A DNA stretch of 63,865 nucleotides, the filler included, from Choristocarpus tenellus KU-1152 (Eukaryota; Protista; Phaeophyceae): NCBI GenBank assembly GCA_964200185.2. It is 4 parts of 4 records of this genome, joined end to end, with 100 filler letters (N's around TTAATTAATTAA, not from the genome) between each part and the next. Parts side by side here need not be neighbours in the genome. Positions count along the whole stretch, not along the records: positions 31,220 to 58,280 come from CAXNAD020000155.1; 3 more parts are not named here. The stretch is one strand, 5' to 3'. The translations under genes and the position numbers were made by a program. Shown one piece after another: positions 34,201 to 47,500 of the stretch. The first letter of the stretch is position 1. Every line of letters begins with the position of its first letter. The notes beneath the pieces are model-generated. The model did no database searches and had not been told where the DNA came from. It saw only the letters and a list, made by a program, of their open reading frames with translations.

Positions 34201-37077
34201 TTTGGTAGTATGGTCGATATTTGATTGGAACATTCAAAATATGAAATGAGCAGATCAATATATGCAAAGTATTTCTTCCCTTTCTGAATACATTTTCTTT
34301 GGGGAAGGGGGGGGGGAAAGATGGCAGATTTTCTAGATCTGCTGTTACCTTTGTGGTGTTACAAGGCAGGGCATTACCTGCTTCTAGTGTTGTGAGTTGA
34401 ACTATTTTTGGGGTACATCGCCAAAAGACTTCAACCATTTCAATGCACTTGGTTATAGATCAAAGCATGCAGGCAGCACATGAGGCAGGGGTGCTTGTGT
34501 GGATGGGTGTGGGTGGGTGTGAAGCTATGGGAGTTGGGGGAGACTGTGAGCAAGTTGAAAGTGAACCACGCCACACACCCAAGTGCTAGAATGTATTTGG
34601 CTTGAGTTTAATTTTCAGGTTTTTATGACAACTGTGATTGCTGCTTGATTTCAAACAAGCGGCTGAAATGAATTGTCACGACTATGCACACACCATTGTT
34701 TTCAAACAAATGTTAAAGCTGTAATAGTTTAATGTCTCCTTACTTGGAAATGCTGGTATACGTACACATGACTATGTAGAAATTTGGAAAGGGATACTGT
34801 TTGCAGTAAGTTGTGTTGCTCATTAGCTCTGGCGGAGGTTTTGCTGACAGAGACATACCATGTGCATGATTTGGTTATATAGTTGGGGGGTAAACGACTG
34901 TTTAGTAAGTACTCAAGGGTAGGACTCACCCGAGCATGAATAGACACAACGTTCTGACCCTGATCGCAAGGCAATTCAGGAATCTGATGTTCTGATGTTC
35001 AACCCTACCTTGTGTGTGTCTCTGTGTGTGATGTTTTGTCTAATCTTTCGTGCTCAGGAGTGTGGGTGTGATGCTCTACCAGATGATTTCTGGTCATATG
35101 CCATTTATGCCTGCCAAGACATCTCTGACCAAGCCTGTTCCGTTTGCGTCCCCTGTTTGGTGAGAGTGAGGGTGAGGGTGAGGGTGAGCGTGAGGGTGAG
35201 GGTGAGAGTGAGAGTGGGATAAATAGCGGTGACAACGTGCCATTTCATAAATCAATACCAATGATCATAATGATTGTAATAATTTCTTAAGATGCATTTT
35301 GTGTGCGTTGGTATTCTTGTCTTGCCCTGCACTGTACTGTATTCTGCAGAGTTGACTACTGTCTCTGTGTTGCAATGCTGCAGGGATCGATAAAGTGAAC
35401 ATGCTATTTTGTTTTCTTATTTTGTTGGGTTGGGGCTTGCTGGCGGTTAAGGGGTAACTGGGTAAAGTTCATTTTTGACTCTGTAGATGTGTACAACAAT
35501 AGGAGAAGCATGGTAACGCTATTGTGGTGCCAATTGATGTCTTCTGCCCAACCAAACATACTGTTGGGGCTAATGCTATTGTTACTAATACTCTTACGTG
35601 TTTTCAACAACGGCCTCTTGGTGACCTTTTTTCTACATTAATTATTTCTTTTTAATTATGTGGAACGCATCTTTTTTGCACTCCTTTCCCCTAGGAAAAA
35701 TGCAAGCTCCCTGGCCAAGGATCTGATCCGTTCTCTCCTTGAGAAAGACCCTGCACACAGGTGAAACACACTTTTTTTTTCTTTAGTTGGAGAAGAGAAG
35801 AAAACTGTTCCTTCTAGGAAATCCTGCAAAAGGTCAGGGTAGTGTTGATACATTTTGGGGCGAAAATAAAAGGCTCTGCTTGTGGTAGAAATCAGTTTTG
35901 TTAGGCTGAGAGTCAATGAGAAGAAAATATGTAGATGTTCTTCGCATATGATACTTCTAAAGTAGTTGGAAACCCATTAGCCCTAGCACCCAGACTGTCT
36001 CACCTCCTATCCCCCCCTTTGCCTTGCATGGCAGTAGTGGAGGGTTAGCAATAAAATGGTGGGGTTGAGTGTCTGAATATTCCCCCTCTTGGAATCCTCC
36101 AAAAATGCATTGTACTGTATTAACACCTGAAAAGTTATGTTACATTGAAGTGCACAGCAGAACCACCCCGGTCTGTGGGAACCACTGTTGCACTACTCTT
36201 TCAATTTCTTAAAACAAAGCTTATGGTTGTTTTTGCATACAGTGCAGGATTGGGGTTAGGGTTAGGTTTCAAAAATATGAGTGAAATAGTGAAGAGTGGA
36301 GGATCCTTGAAAGATGGTGGTTCCCCAGTGCAAACTTTACTGTGGCACCACTTCTAAAATGTTTCCTTGACTGGTTAGGGACAATTTTCACACACAAGTT
36401 ATGGGTTGGGGATAGGGTTGGGTTTCGAAAATGTGTGTAAAAAGAAAAAAAAAAAAAGACTGATGATTCCAGAAGACTGGGGGGTTCCCTGTCTACGGCA
36501 GCATCCTACTACTATTGGTATGACGAATCCATTAGTGTTGATGCCGTGGTGATGGTGTGAGACCCATGATACCACGTTGTGGTAAACCTGCTGAAGAGAT
36601 ACCTCCTTAAACCTGAACAGAAGTAGCACTTCATGGGAAGAGTATTGACCATGTTTTTCGGACCAAAATGAACCATTGTATTATTGACTCAGAAGGTTCA
36701 GGAAGTAATTTTGATTACCTTGGTGGCTCAAGGTGTTGGTTCTGTTGTAGAGGCTTTTTGTGCTCAATACGATCATTCTATTTGTCCCCCCTTACACATA
36801 TTCACACCCACACATGTACACCACTGCCACTGCACTTCCTTGCCACTACTTCCTCAACAGGATTGATGCAAACACTGCGCTTCAGCATCCCTGGATACAG
36901 ACAATTCAGCACCTTCGTCCATCATTTCCTCACTTCGTCCCAGCAGCAATTCCAACCTGGATTTCTCCAGGAAATCAAGCCAGGGCTCGGACTAGAAGTA
37001 AAATCGGAGAGGAGATGGAAGAGGACAGGGCAAGAGACAAGCGGTCAAAGAGCACTAGTGCAATCATGGAATATTGA
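31220..37077 (+). CDS. Ser/Thr protein kinase, CaMK-like, 5' part lost in the assembly gap
   Basis: Exons 31220-31288 (HGDIKPQNLLF), 31902-32055 (LAKLCDFGLSCK; start approximate, and an extra exon at about 31348-31401 is possible), 32980-33113 (VPDARFYKRTGDINKIPWSGMLGTGGFIAPEIIRQEPFGKAADLW), 35058-35159 (SVGVMLYQMISGHMPF), 35695-35760 (AKDLIRSLLEKDPAHR), 36861-37077 (IDANTALQHPWI...stop). GT-AG boundaries with consistent phases. Subdomains VIb-XI are present. Confidence 0.9.
32905..32979 (+). repeat. Tandem repeat (TGTTGACACC[T])n directly at a 3' splice site
   Basis: About 6-7 degenerate units of 9-12 nt, ending in TGTTGACAG followed by the exon. Confidence 0.8.
33848..34103 (+). mobile_element. 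MITE family A copy (diverged subfamily), in a kinase intron
   Basis: Colinear with the 21445 copy (GTCCGTTCGGGGCTTGGCTTCCCAC...GATAGCCAAAAT...GCAACATTGGATT), with degenerate TIRs. Confidence 0.8.
35160..35218 (+). repeat. (GTGAG[G/A/C])n hexamer microsatellite starting at a 5' splice site
   Basis: About 10 units immediately after the exon end at 35159. Confidence 0.9.
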
Positions 37078-39169
37078 GCTTCTTTGTGTGCGATTGAGTA
37101 CAAGGGCTTGAGACTGATTCTATGAAGTTATTTTTAAGACTTAATCAAAAGCAGTATTTCAAAGTGATAATTTAGTATTATTTGTGTTTCAAGCAAAGAT
37201 GAAACACCCTTGGCCTGTGTTGAGAGCAACCTTCCACTTTCAATAGCTTTCAAGAAGGATATTGATCATGTGATGGATTATGCTCAAGGTTTAGGGTGGG
37301 CTTGGCTTGGCTTGGCTTGGTGGCTGCACCTGGTTTGGATATTGAATGGATACATGTTTGTGGATGGGGATAGGGACAAGGGACCACACGAGTTGGAAGT
37401 TTGAACTCCAACTCTCCCCCACACTCCCTCCCTCCATCCGACCTCTGAAATACATCAGATGTGTATTATGTTCCTACTATGTGCTGTGGACCACTCTATA
37501 GTGCTTGGAACACAGCATAGTGCTACAAGGCAACATAGAGTGCTTGAGATTGCTATAGGCTGCTATAGAGTAGGCCAGAGCATTTCATTTAGACAACAAT
37601 ACAGGAAATGGTTAGGGTTGGGAAAACATTTCCTTGTGCACAACAATGTACTGAGTAACACCGTGATACCCCACGGCGATTCATGGCATACATGGTTGCT
37701 AATAGCATGTTTTTAGTGTATACTGCCCTGTCCCCTCCTCCGCAAGGTGCCAGAAGCATGGTTAAGGATTCAGAATTCTGATCCGTGGTACCCCTTGATA
37801 GTGGTTTGAGTAAGAGTGCATGCTCTGTAAGTGCCGGGGAGACTTTGGAGCATGAGGGCTTCAGCTATTATGAGTTTATTTTCTGCCTGCCACAAGTGTT
37901 ACTGTACTAGCCTGGTTGGTGTCAATTAAGAGTCGGTGGGTGAGTGGTCTACAGTTAGGGTTCGTCCATCTATTTTATTGTCTTTGTGGCAGTATGTATT
38001 GTTTCTGCCTCGAGGAATTAAGTTACATGCCTCATGTTTTTTTGTTTATGGTGGGAAGACTGCAGTTAGGAGAGAATTTTTGCGCATTTCTGGCTGGGTT
38101 TGATCCCACATACTGTTTGCTGTACCTGTATCGTATTACCTGGGCTGGCTTTTCCTCCCCAGTCAACAAAAATGTGTTGTACACATCATTTTTTGAGTCG
38201 ATGTCAGCAATATGAGAAAGGTTCTATTACTATGTCGCCTTTTTGGATGAGGGATGGTGCTCATAGCACATCGAAGGCACGATATGATTTTACCTAAAGC
38301 TGCATACTCATAGCACCGGTATTAATGAGAGCTTTCAGGTGGTCAGGGAAGGAAGATTCGAAAGAAAAAAAACCCCGGATAGTATGCTGTACAGCACTTA
38401 CACGTACGTAAATTTGTGAACTGAAAGCATCATTTTCGGGCATTTTCTGAAGTCCACATAGCCTCACCCTCATACTAGTGAATGTGTTGAGCTGTCAACA
38501 GAGTCGGGTGCACGCAAAATGTATCTTCTACGGTAGACAGGCAAGCCTTGTCAGTATTATTACATTCCAATACCCTTCGAATACAACAGGCCTAGCAGGC
38601 TATCAAGACCCTTCCTTACAGCATAATGTTGCCAGCCCCTTACGCGGTTGGTACTACTGCAGATTTTAGGCAAGAATACTTCACCGCAAAGGATTTTTTT
38701 CATGAAGGGAATTGTTGGGCACTCGGCATGTTGTGGACCTCAAACAGATGTGTTACATGCAGTCCTTTTCTTCCTTCTAAAAAAATGCAATATGTTGCTT
38801 TGTGTTGTTGGTCTCGTCGTGAGCTCTATGACACAGCACGAAGGGTTTTCTTACTGTAGCTGAGGCGTTTGCATTATTTGATGTTTGGGGCATATGTGAT
38901 CCTTGACTCGATCTATGCTCACTCCTTCAACCAATAACAGAGCTGTAAGCCCCAACGTGGGGTGGAGTCCTTACATGCTATCATAGATCAGTTCCTGTGG
39001 TTGAACTGTCTATAATTCAGTTGAATTCTCGAGACCTGATCAAAGGATCGAGTGCGGCACTGGAATTGGCTGGGGAAGGCCAACACGTGATCGCGGGAGC
39101 TTGCTGGAGCTTAGAGTGCACACAACCGGGCAGCAACCAGCATAGTTCTTTGAGAGACGACGGGTCCAA

Positions 39170-40198
39170 TATGTCAATGAATGACGGCGATGGACCTGGT
39201 GCAGCCTGAAGGGGTTACCATAGTCTGATAGATCTAAATTGATTATAGCGCAGCACATTCAACCTCCACAAGTTGAGAGACTTGCTTTGCTGAGAAGGAG
39301 GTGAGCGAGTTTCTGACAGCCCGACGCGAATATGAGATGAGCGTTAGAATGTAACACTCAAAAGGAGGTATTCAAATTGCATTCATGACGCTGCCCAAGT
39401 CCTTAACCGTTGCTCAGAGACGAGAACTGGTGTGGGGTGAACTAAAAAATATTTCTGCTGCGGTGACAGAGGAGCAACTCCATAAAGCCCTTAAGCAGGT
39501 GGCGAGAGTCGATGACGACTGCAGAACCTTTGACATAGGGAAAGTTCAAAGGGATTTGCGGAGGGTGGCCCGGATGGGAAACGAAGGGCCAGCCGCGGAT
39601 AGGGTCATGGGTGTGATCCAGGATATAGAAAGCTATCTGGAAGATAGCAACAATCTGGATGGTGCTTTCCGAAATAGTGCTGGACAAGTCTGGGAGACTT
39701 GGAAGGCAGGGCCGGGAAAGATACTCTCAGAGCCCTTTATTGTAGGGCTTAAACCCCCTGTGTTTAAGGCTGAGATTGCTAAGTATGAGGCTTGGGATCC
39801 TGAGCTCAAAAAGGATCCAGACCAGATCTTTTGAGCAGGTAAAGGAAGCCGAAAACTGGAGAATGTATAAGAGGGCCCGGGAATTTGAATCGAAGCGAAC
39901 CAAGCAAAGTGAACCTGGTGGTAAACACCAAGAGGGGAAGCTTAAGTTTGGGGAGACGAATGGCAAGCCAGGGGAAGGCACACCTGGTAGTGGACTGAGT
40001 GTGAGGAAGAACAAGTTCCAAAGGGGCTTGTGCTGCATTTGGGAACGTTGGGCATAGACATGCTCAATGCCGAAGCTTGCTGGTGGGAATCCGGAAGGAG
40101 CAGCAGCATTGGCAGCAGGGTTACCCACAGCATCATGGTATAGGTACAGACCCTGGGAGAGGGGATCTGGACCAGGGTCAAGACAACATCTAACGAAA
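39170..40198 (+). mobile_element. Degenerate gag of a Ty3/Gypsy-like LTR retrotransposon
   Basis: Interrupted intronless ORF (FAEKEVSEFLTARREYE...; 149-aa ORF at 39385-39834) ending in a frameshifted CX2CX4HX4C zinc knuckle at about 40030-40070 (CCI[C]GNVGHRHAQC). Superfamily assignment is inferred. Confidence 0.65.
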
Positions 40199-40398
40199 GG
40201 CTCAAAGTATCTGGGGAGGGGGGTTGCGACTGTCCATTTGGGGTCAATATTTTCATGTCGCCATTTTTGGGTAATTTGATTCCATACGTTGGATGGATAA
40301 TGAAAGTGCATTTTCCCTGGTTATGGTCCAAATGGACACTCTGGTGTAGACCCCCCCCCCCCCCAAAACACNNNNNNNNNNCCCAGATACCTTGGGTC
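40199..40398 (+). mobile_element. MITE family B (about 150-190 bp, G[G/A]C[T/C]CAAAGTATCTGGGG TIR)
   Basis: GGCTCAAAGTATCTGGGGAGGGG ... CCCAGATACCTTGGGTC. Contains a 10-N gap. Confidence 0.8.
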
Positions 40399-41403
40399 AA
40401 ACATACCACAATATATATATATATGGTTTCAGTAGTGTGGCTCAAGTATGTACATACTGCAGTAAGGCACTATTTGCTTGCTGGTACTATCATGCGTTTT
40501 CTTCTCCGTAAGGTTTATCTGTCCGTTCCAGTTCTCCATGTGATTGCGCAATGACTGGTCAGGTCGCTTTATCATGCTTGATATTTGACCATACCCTTGT
40601 ATTCTTCTTCAGCAATACTCCATAAAATATAGAGTATTTTCTCAATTTGGTACAGTTACCACATCACTTATTTCTGAGGCATCAAGGTCAACTTGATGCA
40701 ACCCTGGTGGAGAGCAATCCCAGCTCGCTGCATACAGTCAATAATATGTCATGGCATAGAGACCTTCCATGCACAGCACCCCAAAAAATTCACTACAGTA
40801 TACCCCCCCCCTCCCCCCATACATGATACTTGGAGGCATAGTGTCCAGTAACTCATTGCGCAGCTTCCCTTTGGTAACACTAGTGTTGAGAGATACATTT
40901 GCAGGAGATGATTTATTTATTAACTGTTTACCACACACTAGTTGGATGTATGATGTAGTGATACCCGAAAGAAAAAAAGCAATTGGCTGATATTGTCAAG
41001 GTGAAGAAAGCAACATACAGCATACTCGAACCTGTGCTCAGAGAGGCAGTGCAAAAAAGCAAAAAAGAAACTGAACATTTGTCCCAAAAAGGCAGATCCG
41101 TCAGTTGAGTCCACAGAGAGAAGAAAACAAACAGGAAGAAAAGGACAATTCAAGGATCAGCTCCGACATGAAGGACCACAATTGATTCAAGAAACGGTGC
41201 ATATCAACATGCAATTCAGAACATCTAGATAAAGTCCTCACACCCACTAGATACAACATACTATAATCACTGAGAAGAGTATCCTAGGCTAGACAAAGAA
41301 CCCAGTCTCCTAATGTTCCTAACCTTCCAAATTCATACATCGCATCTTAAATACACAAATTTCCCAGGGTGGTCCATGTTCGATGGTCAGACAACGCCTA
41401 CAT

Positions 41404-41656
41404 GAGTCAAAGCATTTAAGAGAGGGGTTTTACCCTGTTTGTCTGTTTGGGACTTGATTCCCACGGGTTTTTTATGCCCTTTTTCGGCTTTCTGTGTAAA
41501 CACAGTTACCTAAAATGTATACGGCTATGAAAAGTGTGACCAGAGCAAGGATATAGACACTTCCTAACAAACAGGATAGTCAAAATTCATTAAATCGCAA
41601 CAACGGGTCTTGGAACCCAAATGGACGTGCCCCTACCCTCTTAAATCATTTTACTC
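41404..41656 (+). mobile_element. MITE family A copy
   Basis: GAGTCAAAGCATTTAAGAG ... CCCTCTTAAATCATTTTACTC, with a colinear internal sequence. Confidence 0.82.
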
Positions 41657-41669
41657 CGCCACAATAGAA

Positions 41670-44345
41670 GATATATATATAAACTATTGTTGCATCTCTT
41701 TCACCGTGACAAAATGTGTGCATCACACCAGATATCGACGTTTGAGTCTTCTCTAAGTGAAATCTGTTGTTCAGCTGCAATGTCAAAGGCCTTCGAAGGT
41801 CATCTTGGAGGTGCCGCTGCCAGATTTTTACTGAAATTTTCTTCAACCCTTTGGTTTCTCAGCGGAAAGTTGTCTGAGCATTAGGTTCTTGGGTAGGTGA
41901 TCATCATCCACCCGTGACATGGAACCTACAAATATTACTAGCCGCCTCCTTTTGCGGATACTAGCCCCAATGCACTCACATCCGGTTCTCTCAATAGCTC
42001 CTCTGTAAGAGATGGGGTGGTCCATATGTTTCCTTTTGTGGAACCCAATGCACGACAGTGGGAATTTGCAGTGTTGTGCATGAAGCTGGGTGTAGTGATT
42101 GCTTCTTAGTGCCCACGCCATGCAGCTATACAGCAGAGTCTTGAGCACTCAGGCTTTGAGCATCTGAATCATTACCTCAAGTGGTACGTCCACTGCTTGG
42201 CTATACAACTCTCTCCTGTATTTCTTAGAACACCTGCATATCTTCTATGTATGAAAAGTTGGATCTTGGTGCTGATACCAGTATTACCATTGAGTGAACC
42301 ACCAAGATAGACAAACCAATAACATTGTCCTCAGTCTCGATCTGTGTTCTCTATGCTGACCTGCTGGGGTCCCAGAGGCACATGATCTCCTTCTCCTCAA
42401 ACGCAGTCAGTCCAAACACCTCACACACTGCGGCGATGACAGCCACCATTTTGACCAAACTCTATTGAGTCATTGACAGCATACCTGCAGCATTAGCATA
42501 CACCATACGCCATGGAGGCAGCATCTGTGAAGGCATCTCTTGATGTCCTCCCCCCAGCCTAAAAGTCTGGTGTTTCTTCTTCGTTTTTACTGATGTAGAC
42601 AAGATCTTCACTGAAATCTCCTTTTGTGCTGAGCCTCTCTAGTACAATGGTAAGCACTGCAGTAAAAAAGAGAACAAACAACAGTGCAAGAACACACCCT
42701 TGGCGGAGGTCTTGTTCAACACTAAACCAGTCCAAGCATTCCCTATCACCTATCTGCACACAAGCCTGCATTCAAACATGGAATTGATAAATGATTGAAA
42801 CCATCTTGAATGGCGATGCCCAGTATTGTCTATAAAAGGTCTCAATCAACAGGCTCAAAGTATCTGGAGGGGTGTGGCAGCTGTCCATTTGGGGGCAATT
42901 TTTTCATGTCGCGTTTTTTGAGTGATTTGGTACGCATTTTAGATGGATAATGTAAATGCACTTTTTCTTGCACTTTTCCTGGTTATGGTCCAAATGGACA
43001 CCCTGGTGTAGACCCCCCCCCTCCCCCAGATACTTTGGGTCACAGAGGAACCTTCTCTTGCCTGAGTTCATCCATCGCCCAAGAGTCGGAGCTGGTTCTC
43101 GTAGCAACCTGCCAATCTCATATCAAACGAATCGAGAGCCACTCTCTTGCTCCAGGCTACATCAAAGCTTTCGAGATATTGGAGGAAATCAGCATGATCC
43201 TCACACTGAAGACATTCCTCCATATCTGAGGTATAGGCAACAAAGAAGTCCTGCACAGTTAACGATCTCAATCACTTAAAGTCCTTGACCACCATGTATA
43301 AAGCTTTTTTGAGACTGTGGCTTTGTGCTTTGGCTTTGTGGTTCAGCACATAGTTGCACCCAGGCGTCCTCACTCGCTTGCTAAGCCTTCAGAACCCTCT
43401 AGGACCTGCACACCATCCTTGAGGAACAGCCTTTCGTATTGGAGGTGGGATCACCTTAGTGGTAATCTCCAGCATACATGCAGTGTGCATGAATGCCATG
43501 ATATCAACATCCTCAACCGGCACCTCCTGAAGACTAACGAAGTTTTTAGCCACACAGCAATCCGCAACTGAAGATCCAAGTAAAGGTATGACCATAAAAA
43601 GAATCCATCTCTTGGGTTGTCGTAACCTCCTATTTGGTGCAAATCGACCAAGGAGTTGAAGCCACATCGACAAAATTGAGTGTTATGATTCCAGGACAGG
43701 ACGTACTATCGCATTCCGAACGAGGTGTTAGTCGATTTGACGTGTGATGATGTAATCAAGACGGCGTCTCTCGCCCTTGGGACTCACACAGATACGGACC
43801 TTTGACGTTCAGGTGTGCCGAAAAAAGTGCTTACGAGTGCAAGTCTGTGCTTCTCAAGAAATCTCAGCAATCGATAACCGGTATCATTTAACTCACCACA
43901 CTCATAAGCACCCAGATTCAGGTTATCGCTTCCAGACAGACCCCCTCCACTTCTCCTTCCAGTTCGATTTATGTTCGCAAACATGAAGATACACGGTTCT
44001 CATTAAGGCTCCCCAAGATTTTCGAGGTTTACTCAGAGGTGATCCTTCTCCTCATTGCTACTTATCTCCTTCCGTTGTTTGCCTGTAGGCTTAGTTGGAT
44101 CATATCTCATATTGAACGTGGCCACACTCCAACTACAGGAGGGTAGAGGGATCCTAACAATCATGAGTTGGTGCCTGAGGTATTTCTATTCACAGCCCTC
44201 TTCTCGTGCAAGCGACTGTTTCACCACCAACCCAATGCCATGCTTCCCTCTACTATCGTCGACTCCACTGAAAAGTTCGAAGTACCCAGAATGTGCGAGG
44301 GGAGATTGTTCATCTGGCCTGCCCTTGTCGTTTGGAGGTTGGTTG
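41670..44345 (-). mobile_element. RTE-clade LINE remnant (APE endonuclease plus reverse transcriptase), with stops, frameshifts and deletions
   Basis: APE motifs GYFELFSG..KHGIGLVVK, GELNDTGYRLLRF..LALVSTFF, RRLDYIITR. RT motif WFSVEQDLRQGCVLA, with a decayed YADD (YANA). RTE C-terminus DDHLPKNLM...WQRHLQDDL and a (TA)n tail. Confidence 0.88.
42852..43041 (+). mobile_element. MITE family B copy inserted in the RTE LINE
   Basis: GGCTCAAAGTATCTGGAGGG ... CTCCCCCAGATACTTTGGGTC. Confidence 0.85.
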
Positions 44346-44542
44346 AATTGGATAAACCGAAGAACCGAAGACCGTTCAACAATCTAACTGAAGAATTTTA
44401 CAACATAGATTCATAGTGGAAGATTTCCATTCCGCGGTTTGCGCGCGCTCGTTCTGTTGTATTGTTGTGGGTTGATTTATCTGCCATCCATCCAGTCCCT
44501 TCCCCAACCTAAGTCCTTCCCTTCAACCCCACCCTCCTCACC

Positions 44543-47500
44543 ATGATCGTCTACAAGGATCTTGTCAGTGAAGATGAGATGATGACGGATGTGTTCAAGC
44601 AAAATCCTGTTGTCGACGATGACGGAGAAGTTGTGGAGGGTCTTTTCGAGGTAGGTCCGAAATGCCGAGGTTTGACTTCACTTTTTCTGTTACTCTTGAG
44701 GGTTGTATAGCCCTTGCTTGTGTTAAGGATGGAACCTTGGTTAATTCATCTCATCTCTCAAGTTAGATTTATGTAGAGCTATATTTTCAACCCGTTGGAT
44801 GAATTTGACGAGGGAGGACCAAAGGGGTTGGTAATGAAGTCTACAGATGATGTAGTTCGTGGATTGTAGTTCCTCATTTCTAGCGGTCTGAGCGTGCCTG
44901 TTTGTTTGTTATTGCTAGGGAGGGTTTGATTTTAGCCAGGTTAAAAATCGTTTGCGTTTGGTGCCTTATTGCCCGGGAAACCCTCCAGGCTCACACCAAC
45001 CAGTCAGCACTTCTATATTGCCATACTTTTTGTCGGTAGGGTAATTTTTGCGAGGAATTGGCGTGGTGCCTATAGTTGTATTTCTCCATGGCAAGCCTTG
45101 ATGTTGGTGCTTCCTGTCGTGTTACTTCGCTCCTCTTTACGATCACCTTTGCGAATCAAACCTTCAGGTAACTTTTTTTTGGTTCGTTACTTTTAGTGCT
45201 TGTAGGCAAATGAGTAGATCAAATGTCGATCGGGTTGAGTACAGAGTGCTGGAGATTCATGCTTCACAAACCCGTAACCCTACCTCGTTCTCGACTCCTA
45301 TTCTCACAAACGGAGAGTCCCACGAGCATCTGGGGAGGGTAGGCGAAGAAGGAAGTATTTACATGACCAAGCAAATACTCTCAATTTGTTGATGTATTAC
45401 CGATCTGATGGTTTTCCCTGGCTTATCTTAATGCAAAAACCTTTCATTGGAGCCTTACGATTATGCTTGCCAACCTTCAAAAATCTGATGGAAACATCTA
45501 TAAATCTCTGTCTCTTTCCCCCTTTATGTCCTGTTCATATGGAATTATGGTAACACCTTTGGTGCCAAGGTGGATTCCACCACTATGGTAAAGGGAGCGG
45601 ACAACATCGACATTGGTTGTGGAGATGCTTTCGGGGGCGAAGCAGAAGTAGTTGATGACTCCGTTGAGAAGGTCAGCTACAATGCTCACTGCCTCGAATA
45701 TTTAAAATCAGGGATTCAAAATTAATGCTTCTATTTGCTTTGCAATCTGAGGTTGGTTGGATCTTGATGGCTTCTACTCTCATTGTCCTATTAAAGACAA
45801 CATGGGTAGCGGTGCAAGTACCTACTCCCTCCATTGTTTCTCATTGTAAGCAGTTTATGGGTCATGTGCCTGCAGCAACTACTGTGAGAAAATGTCAGCA
45901 TTGGGGGAGATCTAATAATCAATCTCTAGTTGTTCAGTCGAGTAGTGGAGTAAATAAGTTTTGGCGGTTCTCCAGTATAAATATCCTAATGCTGGTCCGG
46001 CAGGGTGTGAACATTCACCATAGGCAATCAAACCTCTCATTTTAATCTTTCAAATCTGAGGAGGAAATGGTTCTGGTCTCTTGTTAATAATGATAAAGGT
46101 AAATTGTGCTATAACAGGTCCAACCATATCTTGGAGATGCTCCATTGTGATTTTCTTCAAAATACAAAGGAAAAGCAAATGTCTACATTTTATGGTTGAA
46201 CTTGAATAGTGTAAGTGGGAATTTGTATTCTTTCTTTGAACTACAGTTGAATAGTACTTAAAGCTGGAGACAAAAGGCTGTGCTTGCTGGGAGGTACAAC
46301 CCAGTGTGTGCATTGATTTTTTATTCACAATTTTTTTCCTGTGAGAATCGTATCCCATCCTCACAAGTATGAACTTAGATGGGATGAACAAAGCACTTGA
46401 TGTACCTAGTCGATCTTCAAGTCCCTTTTTTGTACCTAGATGGATTCAACATGTCAATTGACTGAACAGGGTCTCCTGTGTAGTTAGAGTGTTTTGTACA
46501 TTGGAGGTGTTCCCCAATTTGTTCTAGTTCTAGAATTAGTCACAGATTGTTTCTTGAACGGTTAAAGAAGACCAACCTGTAGCTCCCAAGGTGTCTATTA
46601 TTATTACGCCACTCCAGTCAGGTTGGTATTTTGGTTTGCTAATAAATAGGTGTTGCTCATATCATTTTATGTATTAATATGTGTATCTTGATGGTTCCAG
46701 TAACAGCTATTTTTTACTACGAATTTTTTTTTGGCACAGTCCATATCTTTGGACTATAATGCCATCATTGATTTCTTATTGCTGTTGAATGAATTGCTCA
46801 AAAACGTTACGTTTTTTGTAGGGTGGGGTAATTTGATCCAGCTGATTGTTGGTTAAGGGGTTGACTCAGGAGAGCATTGACACCGCAAAGTGTGAAATGG
46901 GATTGTTGCCTACAGTGGCTGCCAGACAGGATTATTTTATACACTTAATACATCATCAATCAGAATATTTGTTGTAATACCTTGAAGTGTCTGGGGGGGT
47001 TAATTTGGAATAAGCATCTTGGGAACATTACGCTCAAGATTGCTGCAGGTCCTTACTTTGCCTCACATGCTACTAAAGTACACTGGAGTGAATCTGCTCG
47101 TGCCCTATCTCACGCAATTTTTTTCAACTTTGCCTGACTGTATGTGTTTTGCACTCAATATAGGTGAACAATGTTATTGATCCATTCAAGTACACAGAGA
47201 TCCCCTTCGACAAGAAGGCACAGTTCAAGGACTACCTGAAGGTGTGTTACATGCATTGTAGCACTTAAAGTGTTGCCGTTGGAACTGGAACAGATGGGTT
47301 GTATTTTTTTGGCAGAGGGGAGGGGAGGAGTGTGGAGTAGGAATGTCTACTTATGGAGGGTTTTGTTATGTTTGCATAGGAGCTTTGCCTGGCACTCCTG
47401 CAATGGTTAGACTAACTGTCGTGCTATCCTACAAACTAACAATTTGAAAAAGAGGAAGCTGCCAATCCTGCTTAATTTTCTGGTGGCAGCTTCATGCACT

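Noticed and set aside
39727-40445. 194-aa and 167-aa minus-strand ORFs
   Set aside because: They are antisense shadows of the gag remnant fused to MITE sequence.
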